Source of the DNA: Candidatus Woesearchaeota archaeon
GTDB lineage: Archaea > Nanobdellota > Nanobdellia > Woesearchaeales > WAPJ01
NCBI GenBank assembly: GCA_047602765.1
Contig: JBLKOL010000002.1
Location: 10,597-74,596, forward strand
Direction of reading: 5' to 3'
Length of the DNA: 64,000 bases
Made by a program: the position numbers and the translations under genes
Notes under the pieces: generated by a model
What the model saw: the letters and a program-made list of their open reading frames with translations, nothing else
Told to the model about the DNA's origin: nothing
Databases searched by the model: none
In this document: one piece after another, positions 28,868 to 36,786 of the stretch
Numbering within the stretch: position 1 is the stretch's first letter
Layout: every line of letters begins with the position of its first letter

Positions 28868-29050
28868 TCACGCCTTCGAGATCTTCGCCTCGAGCCGTCC
28901 GATCGCCTTCTCCATCTCGACCGGGAGGTCGATGTTGCTTCGCTCCGCTACGAGCACGAGGAACACAAGTGCATCGGCGAGTTCTGCGCCGAGGTTCTCT
29001 GGATCGTACTTCTCCGGTCGGTGCTCTTTGTTCCTCAAGTGCCGGGCGAC
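28868..29050 (-). pseudogene. C-terminal half of a MazG-like NTP pyrophosphohydrolase
   Basis: Manual translation gives VARHLRNKEHRPEKYDPENLGAELADALVFLVLVAERSNIDLPVEMEKAIGRLEAKISKA*. The ExxD motif is present, but the N-terminal EExxE helix is missing. Confidence 0.7.
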
Positions 29051-29820
29051 CGCTCTGGTCGCATCGAGAAGTAGTAGTCGTGAAGGTCCTCTGCGCTCGT
29101 GGCGAGGTCTTCGAGCGTGCGTACTTCCATGATGATCTTACGCACACGGTTCGGGTCGAGCAGATCGAGCACGTGCCTCCAGTTGAGCGTGCCGTCGCGC
29201 AGCGCGCGGTGATCGTCGCTCGTTCCCGAATTGTTGTGCGCGTGTACGTACACGATGCGATCACGTACGCGGGTGACGAATTCTTCGATCGTGCATCCGA
29301 GCATTCCTCTCCCATACCCGTTGTTCAGGTGGCCGAGGTCGAGCGTGTAGTTCACATCGGGGAATCGTGCGAGAAAGTCAAGGGCCACATCTGCGACGAG
29401 AATGCCGTTCGATTCATAGAGCATCTCGACCGAACGCTCCTGCGCGAAGTCGACAACGCTTCGGAGGCGATTCGCTTCGTCATCGGTGAGCGGATCGTGC
29501 TTGAGATGGAAGACGAGTTCTTTGGCGCCGAGCATCTCACAGAGCACGACCTCTGATTTGAGCGTCTCGAGCTCGGTGACTGTGAACTGTTCGTTCGACG
29601 TGAAGATTTTCGTGGTTCCCGAGTGCATGCTCACGTCGAACCCGTTCAGAGACGGTGCGATCTTCGCGATCCATTCAGGATCGAGATACATCCGTGCAGA
29701 GCGCCTCCCGATCTCGAGTACGCGGTACGGTTGACTTGCTATCTCTCTGTACCATGACTTCTGGTCGAACGTGCTCGTAGTGATCCCTATTTGGGGTACC
29801 ATCTTCATGCGGATGCACAC
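29035..29820 (-). CDS. Sugar phosphate isomerase/epimerase (AP endonuclease 2 TIM-barrel) family protein
   Basis: SMHS, LVFH, LYES, TLDLGH, VHAHNN...DDH..L.DG.LNW, IMEV. Confidence 0.85.
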   Translation of the reverse strand: MCIRMKMVPQIGITTSTFDQKSWYREIASQPYRVLEIGRRSARMYLDPEWIAKIAPSLNGFDVSMHSGTTKIFTSNEQFTVTELETLKSEVVLCEMLGAKELVFHLKHDPLTDDEANRLRSVVDFAQERSVEMLYESNGILVADVALDFLARFPDVNYTLDLGHLNNGYGRGMLGCTIEEFVTRVRDRIVYVHAHNNSGTSDDHRALRDGTLNWRHVLDLLDPNRVRKIIMEVRTLEDLATSAEDLHDYYFSMRPERSPGT

Positions 29821-29920
29821 ACGAATATATAGGTAAGTATCCGCGCGGACCGGACCATGCCAGCATTCATGAGTTGATGGTATCGAAACCCTTAACCACC
29901 ACTCCCTCCTTCACACGCAC

Positions 29921-30895
29921 ATGGAACTGAGCCGCGAAGCGCTCGATGGGATCTGGTCGTCGTACGGTCGAGGAGCCATCATCTCGTTCGAAAAGGCACG
30001 TATGGGAGTGGCGAACCACAATTGGATGATCACCACGTCCGAAGGCCGGTTCGTGCTGCGGTGCGTGAACACCGACAAATCCGAATGCGATCTCACCGCA
30101 GAGTTCGATTTCATCAGAACGCTCGAACAAGCCGGCTTTCCCTATGAGATGCCCACGCCGCTCACAGCCGGAGACGGCTCGCGCATCATCGAGCACGAGG
30201 GCAGGAGGTGTTGGAGCTATCCGTACCTTCAAGGCTCTACGATCACAAGTCCCGTCACGCGTTCACAGGCACAGCAGATGGGCGTGATGATCGCACAGAT
30301 GCACGCGATCATTGTATCGTCCGATCTCAAAGAGCGCATCGGCAACCCGACGTTCTCGATCGATCATGTGATCGCTCATGCACGAGAACTGCTCGATGAA
30401 CGCGCTGACGAAACACGAACCAGTTACTATGCGAGAACGCTCCCGGTGTTTCTCGACATCATCGAACGTACACCGTATCCGCAGCTCAACACCTACCCGA
30501 TCCACCGCGACATCAATCCGGAGAACGTCCTCTTCGAGGGTGATACGCTCACTGCGGTGATCGATTTCGATAATGTGAGCGTCTGCGACGAGCCGCTCGT
30601 CAAGGATCTTTCGAACGCGCTTCTCTACTCGTGCACACACGATCGCCGCGCATTCGATTTCGAGCGGTGTGCGGACATCGTGCGATCCTATCGTTCGATC
30701 CGGAATCTCTCACGAGCCGAGATCCAAGCCGTTCCGGATCTCATCGTCCTCGGCTGCTTGGAGGACTTCGCCTACGAGTACTGGCTCGCCATCCACGAAC
30801 CCGAGCGTACGGCTCCTCACAAGCTCGAGAAGCGTTTCGCGATGGGCCGCTGGGTGTTCGAACACCGTGATGAGCTCATCCGTGCGATCATGTGA
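29921..30895 (+). CDS. APH/homoserine kinase type II-like phosphotransferase
   Basis: GVANHNW...GRFVLR, IHRDINPENVLF, VIDFD. Confidence 0.88.
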   Translation: MELSREALDGIWSSYGRGAIISFEKARMGVANHNWMITTSEGRFVLRCVNTDKSECDLTAEFDFIRTLEQAGFPYEMPTPLTAGDGSRIIEHEGRRCWSYPYLQGSTITSPVTRSQAQQMGVMIAQMHAIIVSSDLKERIGNPTFSIDHVIAHARELLDERADETRTSYYARTLPVFLDIIERTPYPQLNTYPIHRDINPENVLFEGDTLTAVIDFDNVSVCDEPLVKDLSNALLYSCTHDRRAFDFERCADIVRSYRSIRNLSRAEIQAVPDLIVLGCLEDFAYEYWLAIHEPERTAPHKLEKRFAMGRWVFEHRDELIRAIM

Positions 30896-30916
30896 AACCG
30901 TACGGCACATCGATTA

Positions 30917-31393
30917 CTATGGTCGTCGTAGGTAGAGGTGTTGTCCGGGGATGCTGTTGCAGATATCGATCGCTTCGAATCCGAATCGTTCGTACGCTCC
31001 GATACCGTCCGGTGTGGGGCTTGCGAGCAGGTGTGCGTCTGAGAGCGATTCGATGAGCGAGCGCAGATGTCCTCGTTTGCGGTCGAAGGATTCGACGAGT
31101 TAGAGGTGGAGGAACGGTTCGCCTCCAGTGATGTCTGCGAGCGTTCCGGTATAGTCGTCACCGTTCGCATCGACGAGCCATAGTCCGAGCACGGAGCCTC
31201 GTTGTACGAGGTCAGATGCGGTGTATGCTGAGATGATGGCGATTGAGCGCGGGCGGTGGAGCGGTCCGCTGATCGCTGCGAACCTGCTCGGAGACGGATC
31301 GTCCACCTCACGTACGAGGTCCGTCGGCGTTCTGCGCTTCGCGTAGTCCGTGACCTTCGCGTAGTCCGGGCTCGTCGAGTCGATGAAGCGCAT
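30917..31393 (-). pseudogene. GNAT-like protein interrupted by an in-frame TAA at 31100-31102
   Basis: The same frame continues past the stop: EPFLHL*LVESFDRKRGHLRSLI...GAYERFGF...LRRP*. Confidence 0.65.
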
Positions 31394-31446
31394 GCACTGT
31401 GGTGCGATGAGCGATTCAAAAACGAGAGGGATGAAGAAAGGAGAGG

Positions 31447-31462
31447 GCCGACCGAAGTCGGC
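31447..31462 (-). terminator. GC stem with UUCG tetraloop followed by a pyrimidine tract downstream of ftsZ
   Basis: Minus strand GCCGAC-TTCG-GTCGGC, then CCTCTCCTTTCTTC. Confidence 0.55.
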
Positions 31463-31549
31463 GCCCCACACGCTGGCTCCCATACGAACAGTTGGGGGTG
31501 GTTGGAATGAGAGCCAAGAAAAACCGTTTGGAGAGGGGGATACGGATCC

Positions 31550-32620
31550 TCAGTTGAGGATCTCGATGCCGAGCTCGTCGCTCAACTCCTGGCGCCGGGA
31601 TTCGACGCGCTCGCGCACGTCTTCCTTGCCCAGGATCCACGGGCTCTTGACACCGGTGATGATCGTCATCACGGTGACCTTGCCTTTCATGTCGTCGGTG
31701 ATGCGTGCGCCCCAGATGACGTTCGCATCTTCGTCGAGCTGTTCGGTGACGAGGTCTCCGACCTTGCTCACTTCTTCGAGCGTGAGGTCGTTTCCTCCGT
31801 GCACGTGGATGAGCGCTCCGGTGGCTCCCGCGTAGTCGACGTCGAGGAGCGGATTCGAGAGCGCTCCGTGGACGGATTCTTGGACGCGGTTGGCGGTGTC
31901 CGAGCTTCCGACGCCGATGATGGCGACGCCTCCGTTCGTCATGATCGCCTTCACATCAGCGAAGTCGAGGTTGACGAGGCTGGGCACCGCGATCGTTTCG
32001 ACGATTCCTTTGATCATCGTGGCGATGAGCTCGTTGGCGACGGCGAACGCCTGTTCGATCGGCAGGTTGCCGGCGATCTGTACGAGGCGGTTGTTGTCGA
32101 TGACGATGACCGTGTCGGATACCTGGCGCAGCTGTTGGAGTCCGAATTCGGCTTTGTCGACGCGTGCGCGTTCGATCTTGAACGGCATCGTGACGGTTCC
32201 GATGACGATGGCTCCCATCTCTTTGGCGACTTTGGCGACGATCGGAGCCGATCCGGTTCCGGTTCCGCCACCCATGCCTGCACATGCGAAGACCATGTCG
32301 GCGCCTTTGAGCGATTCGCGGATCTCGGTGAGCGCTTCTTTGGCAGCTTCTGCTCCCTTCTCGGGGAAGCCTCCTGCTCCGAGTCCTCGTGTGACGTCGC
32401 GGCCGATGAGGAACTTCTTGTCCGCTTCGGTGATGTTGAGGTGCTGCTGGTCGGTGTTTGCCGCGATGATCTCTGCACCGCGGATGCCCTTTTTGAAGAG
32501 CCAGGAAACCATGTTGTTTCCTGCACCGCCGCAACCGATGACCTTGATGTTGGCCTGTCCGACGTCGAGTTGTTCTGTGTCTTGGCTCGTTTGAGCTGCC
32601 TTTTGTACGATGAAGTCCAT
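31550..32620 (-). CDS. ftsZ: Cell division protein FtsZ (FtsZ2-type)
   Basis: GCGGAGNN, GMGGGTGTG, NLDFADV. ERARVDKA, IDNNRL and PSLVNLD resemble archaeal FtsZ2. Probable start is MDFIVQK at 32620. Confidence 0.97.
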   Translation of the reverse strand: MDFIVQKAAQTSQDTEQLDVGQANIKVIGCGGAGNNMVSWLFKKGIRGAEIIAANTDQQHLNITEADKKFLIGRDVTRGLGAGGFPEKGAEAAKEALTEIRESLKGADMVFACAGMGGGTGTGSAPIVAKVAKEMGAIVIGTVTMPFKIERARVDKAEFGLQQLRQVSDTVIVIDNNRLVQIAGNLPIEQAFAVANELIATMIKGIVETIAVPSLVNLDFADVKAIMTNGGVAIIGVGSSDTANRVQESVHGALSNPLLDVDYAGATGALIHVHGGNDLTLEEVSKVGDLVTEQLDEDANVIWGARITDDMKGKVTVMTIITGVKSPWILGKEDVRERVESRRQELSDELGIEILN

Positions 32621-33039
32621 TTGTGGTATCCCCCTTGGGTCTTGTTTTCTCTTGCGAGCGTTCGGAGCCAGGCTCCGCTGGTCTACCACGAGAATCTAAC
32701 CGATAACCCTTTTCGACGTGCGATTCATCTCGCCCGTCGCCCCTTTTCCCTTTGGAACGATTCCATGAACGGACAATATATAAAAATATCGCTCTTGGAA
32801 CGATGAAACCGGCGTGGTGTTTACGTTGCCTGCGCATCGCTCATGATTTGTGCGCGTCGATCCTTTAGCACCGTGAAATGAACTCACGATCGGATCCGAA
32901 TAAGGTCTTCAGCGCAATCCAGCGAAGATCGCAAATCCACGCGTCCTCGAGTTCAACACCCAATACAAACACCACAAAACACTCACATTACCACTTTTAA
33001 GTAGCTAAAATAAGTAAGATTTAAGTATGTACACTCCAC

Positions 33040-33237
33040 ATGTTCGAAATCATGTCAGAACTATCAGATAAAATACTCGGGTGGACGATGAGCGCCGTAG
33101 GTGCCGGAGGACTGATTTCGGCGATCGGACTCGTCGCACACAACCCCGAGAACATGCTCGGATACACCGGCGCGATCGCCGGAGCGGGCTGTTTGGGATA
33201 CGGTATCGACTATCTCAAGAAGGCATATTCGAAGTGA
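33040..33237 (+). CDS. Small two-TM membrane protein
   Basis: Two Gly-rich hydrophobic helices; AT-rich promoter upstream. Confidence 0.65.
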   Translation: MFEIMSELSDKILGWTMSAVGAGGLISAIGLVAHNPENMLGYTGAIAGAGCLGYGIDYLKKAYSK

Positions 33238-33369
33238 GGCCGAACGATCAAACCGAGAGATGAACGAGCGTTTAGGCCACACAAGAGAGCGTAATCGAAC
33301 ACAGCGAACAGTTCATCACGGCCAACCCCGAAGACCGAGCATTTAAGTCGAGCATTACCCCCCAACGGT

Positions 33370-33696
33370 ATGACACAGAACGATTCTTTGAACGAAGTCC
33401 AACCGATCGACGGATACGTGCAAGACCTCTTGCGGACCGCTCAAGCGACGTACGGGCTCGACATAGACCTTGACCGTCCGACTCGAGGTCAGCGGCTCGA
33501 AGCCGCACTTGCGATGCAGGATGAAGCACATGGGTTCTATTCGATGGAACTCATGGTTGGAAGACGCGTGGATTCAAGCGAACCGCTCGCAGGAACGTTC
33601 GCCATGCTCAAGATGCTCGACTCAACCTCCGACGTACGAGGGTTCTATAGTGGTTTTGCGCACCACTATTGGCCCAACGATGATCGAGCGCGCTGA
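33370..33696 (+). CDS. Hypothetical protein
   Basis: ORF with TTTAAG ~28 nt upstream of the ATG. Confidence 0.65.
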   Translation: MTQNDSLNEVQPIDGYVQDLLRTAQATYGLDIDLDRPTRGQRLEAALAMQDEAHGFYSMELMVGRRVDSSEPLAGTFAMLKMLDSTSDVRGFYSGFAHHYWPNDDRAR

Positions 33697-33744
33697 ATCG
33701 TCGAGACCAACCACCTATTAATAGATGTAGAGCTCTCACGCACC

Positions 33745-33846
33745 ATGACCCTCACTCTCATAGGCCTCGGACTCGATCCGAACGATCTCCCGATACGCGC
33801 ACACGATGGCATCGCAGCGTCGGAGGTCGTGCTCGTCGAGACGTAC
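33745..33846 (+). repeat. Diverged duplicate of the first 34 codons of dph5 (gene fragment)
   Basis: Matches 34875-34976 at 89 of 102 nt by manual count. Confidence 0.9.
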
Positions 33847-33998
33847 GCCTCGCGGCCGACCGGAAAAAGTGCGAAGGCACCGCTTCCGACATATCAAGCC
33901 CATACCAACGACCACACCCAACGTAACACCACTAAACAATAGTAACAAATCACAACATTTATCTATGTGAAGAACAAGGTACATGTGAGGTGCTACCA

Positions 33999-34724
33999 AT
34001 GTCATCACAGGAATCTTTGGAAAGAAACGAGCTTGAAGATGCGATCCGCACGGCGCTCATCAACAGGACAGCACACGAGTACAGCCGCACAATGAGTAAC
34101 CCAGATCTCCAGAACGGATTCGAAGAACACCTCTACAAGGCAGCGGCAGCAAGAACAGGTTCTGAAGGACTCAGATTCGGCCCCGGTAAAGACGTAGGGG
34201 ATCCTGTGATCGCACAGGTGAGCGCACGGGTACGCGAGATGTTTGCTCCCATCCGAATCAGAACGGGCGCTCTTGAGACTGCCATGAACCAGTACAGGAA
34301 CCCCGAGGAAGCGAGAGCAGAGTTCGAAAACACCTTCGCCACCCCAGAAATGGCAGGACTCGGGGAAGCGATGGAACCGCTCCTCGGATACCTTTCCCGT
34401 ACAGCGCAGGTCGTGTCAGAACTCGGAGAAATCGCCGAACGCGAGGGACTCGATACAGCCCTGGCAAGGGAGACAGAGTATCGAGTACTGCGATCGATGT
34501 TCCCTACTGCACAGGCATACGTTGCCCACGCTCTGCAACCAGTTCAAGCAGCCACGGACTATCTTGCGGCGTTCGAGGAGTTCGTAACCCTCACCGCCCC
34601 GTCGGAAGCAGACAGGGAAGAAGTCGTAGAAAGCATCTCAGTTCAACGAGTTCTCATGGAATGGGCACAGCCATACATTGAACGTATGCTTGAAGAGAAG
34701 GCGTCCGCGATCTACAACGCATGA
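33999..34724 (+). CDS. Hypothetical acidic alpha-helical protein (islet cargo)
   Basis: GAGGTG SD before ATG 33999; codons are more A-rich than in neighbouring genes. Confidence 0.8.
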   Translation: MSSQESLERNELEDAIRTALINRTAHEYSRTMSNPDLQNGFEEHLYKAAAARTGSEGLRFGPGKDVGDPVIAQVSARVREMFAPIRIRTGALETAMNQYRNPEEARAEFENTFATPEMAGLGEAMEPLLGYLSRTAQVVSELGEIAEREGLDTALARETEYRVLRSMFPTAQAYVAHALQPVQAATDYLAAFEEFVTLTAPSEADREEVVESISVQRVLMEWAQPYIERMLEEKASAIYNA

Positions 34725-34874
34725 ACCACGAAGCACCCATCATGACTTTCACGGAAAGCAGAAAACCGTTTCGTTTCCTCAAGTCATGCGAACCACACCC
34801 CGCTCAAATTCGATACGAGAACCTCGCCGAAGCGCGCCAGCAGAATCTAAAACCCCACCCACTCACCGCACTTC

Positions 34875-35717
34875 ATGACCCTCACCCTTATCGGACTCGG
34901 ACTCGATCCGAACGATCTCTCGATCCGTGCTCGTGATGCCATCGCAGCGTCGGACGTCGTGCTCCTCGAGACGTACACGTCATACGCTGCGATATCGATG
35001 GAGGAGCTCGTATCCATCGTCGATACCGAGATCACGCCGCTCACGCGCCAGATGGTCGAACACAATGATATCGTCCTCGAAAGGGCTCGCACGCAGCGCA
35101 CAGCGCTCCTCGTCTTCGGCGACCCGCTCGCCGCGACGACTCACCTCGAGCTCGTGTTGCGCGCGCGTGCTGAGGGGATCGGGACGAATATTATCCATGC
35201 GCCGTCGATCTTCTCGGCCATCGGTGAATCAGGTCTTGAGCTCTACCGCTTCGGTCTCACCGCGTCGCTCGTCTATCCGCGTCGCAACTGGCTTCCTGAG
35301 CGAGCGCGGGATGTCATCGCGCTCAACCGTTCGATCAAGGCGCACTCGCTCGTACTCCTCGACATCATCACCGGCGATGAGGAGCTCGCGCTCCTCGACC
35401 GCGACCACGAGGCGTTCGCAGGGCTCGATCGTTCGCGAATCGAACACGAAGCCGTGAGCCTTGCAGGGGAGCCTCAGTTGCTCATGAGTCCGAACGAGGC
35501 GATCGCGCTCCTCGTATTCCAGAAGGTCGTCGAACCTTCTGACCCTCTTATCGTCTGCTCGCGTCTCGGAACCGGCTCCGGAATTGTCTCTCGGGGATCG
35601 GTAGGTGAGCTTCTGGCTCGCTCGTTCGGCCTCGGTCCGCATGCGATCGTGATTCCTGGCGAGCTGCACTTCCTCGAATCCGAGCCTTCGTCTGCGAACG
35701 GGAGCGAATCCTCTTAA
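34875..35717 (+). CDS. dph5: Diphthine synthase
   Basis: LIGLGL, LETYTS, FGDPLAATTH, HAPSIFSAIGESGLELYRFG, HSLVLLDI, PGELHFLE. Confidence 0.95.
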   Translation: MTLTLIGLGLDPNDLSIRARDAIAASDVVLLETYTSYAAISMEELVSIVDTEITPLTRQMVEHNDIVLERARTQRTALLVFGDPLAATTHLELVLRARAEGIGTNIIHAPSIFSAIGESGLELYRFGLTASLVYPRRNWLPERARDVIALNRSIKAHSLVLLDIITGDEELALLDRDHEAFAGLDRSRIEHEAVSLAGEPQLLMSPNEAIALLVFQKVVEPSDPLIVCSRLGTGSGIVSRGSVGELLARSFGLGPHAIVIPGELHFLESEPSSANGSESS

Positions 35718-35737
35718 ACGACAGGTCCACCCGAATC

Positions 35738-35817
35738 GTGGCCCGGCACGAGAGTACCGTGGGGAGCGTACGGCATCGTCCAAGCGATGAACCTCGGGGT
35801 TAGTGTCCCGGGCCACA
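35738..35817 (+). ncRNA. Candidate ~80-nt structured RNA (closing stem plus three hairpins)
   Basis: GTGGCCCGG (35738-46) pairs perfectly with CCGGGCCAC (35808-16). Inner stems are CCGT/ACGG, CATCG/CGATG and AACC/GGTT. CTTAAA lies ~25 nt upstream. Confidence 0.7.
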
Positions 35818-36474
35818 TCCAATATCTGCGTCTGAGAGTTTGCAGCGCTTCGGTGCCAGGTCCGATAATCGGTCGTAGAGGTTATGGTGGTCCCCGTAGA
35901 CGCGGTCGAGTCCTGCCACGTGTACGACATGTACGCCAGGGTTCTCGTGGATCACTGCTCGCAGGATCCGTTCTGCGTGTTCGTCTCGTTCTCTGTAGAA
36001 GGTTACGAGTTCGGGGCTGTCTGCGACAGGGTAGGATTCTTGAGCGTATTCTTGTGCGATCTGAGCACGTGCTTTTTCTAATGGGAGACTGAGGAACTGT
36101 TCGAGTTCTGGGTTGAGTAGATACGGGTTGGGGGTGCCCTGTGTGATCCATCGGTCCGTGGAGTCCTCGTCGTCTGCGAAGATGATCGGTACCTCCCAGG
36201 TGTTCCGATACGCTTCGATAGCTTCAGGTACTGCGTGCAGGTTCTCGAACCACCTCATGAACGTGTCATGGTTGAGACTCGGATTGTGCTGTGCGATGCA
36301 GTCCCATTCTTCTCTGACGAGCGTTACGAGTGCTCCGTGGATTGGCCGATCGTATTCGTATCGAGTCTCGACATCTTCAACGCTGATGATGTCCGGTTTG
36401 AGCCGGTTCAGGAGCGTTCGCAGTCTCGTGTGAGCATCGACGTCGAAATGGGACTCCCCTACGAAAGATAACAT
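35800..36474 (-). CDS. TraB/ChaN/EreA (TIKI superfamily)-like protein
   Basis: FVGESH, LKPDIISVE, ERD, VVHVAGL pattern. Confidence 0.6.
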   Translation of the reverse strand: MLSFVGESHFDVDAHTRLRTLLNRLKPDIISVEDVETRYEYDRPIHGALVTLVREEWDCIAQHNPSLNHDTFMRWFENLHAVPEAIEAYRNTWEVPIIFADDEDSTDRWITQGTPNPYLLNPELEQFLSLPLEKARAQIAQEYAQESYPVADSPELVTFYRERDEHAERILRAVIHENPGVHVVHVAGLDRVYGDHHNLYDRLSDLAPKRCKLSDADIGCGPGH

Positions 36475-36786
36475 GATACTACTACAAAGTAGCCATTTAT
36501 CTGCCTTTCGTTCGTGTCGCGACGCCATACGACGAAACCCTTCGTCGAGCACCCGTCGGAGCCGACTGAACTCGGCTTAACAATCTTTTTAAGGCACTAG
36601 CGTATAGCCGTACTACGAACGAAAGGGAGTGGTGCAAGCGCTGCCTTGATGACATTCAACCAATCACAACCGCGATGAGCGGCTTTCAGCAACCCATTCA
36701 TCACTCACCAGTCACTGGCGGTCACCCGCCCGTGTCGTCTGTGGCGATCACGTTCTGAGAGCCCTCACGAGAAGGAGGGACCCCAA

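Noticed and set aside
31100..31102. Stop-codon reassignment
   Set aside because: TAA, TAG and TGA all terminate well-conserved genes in this window at the expected positions.
35738..35817. tRNA-Trp(CCA)
   Set aside because: The loop is 6 nt, and there is no canonical D arm or TTC T-loop. It is kept only as an unclassified ncRNA candidate.
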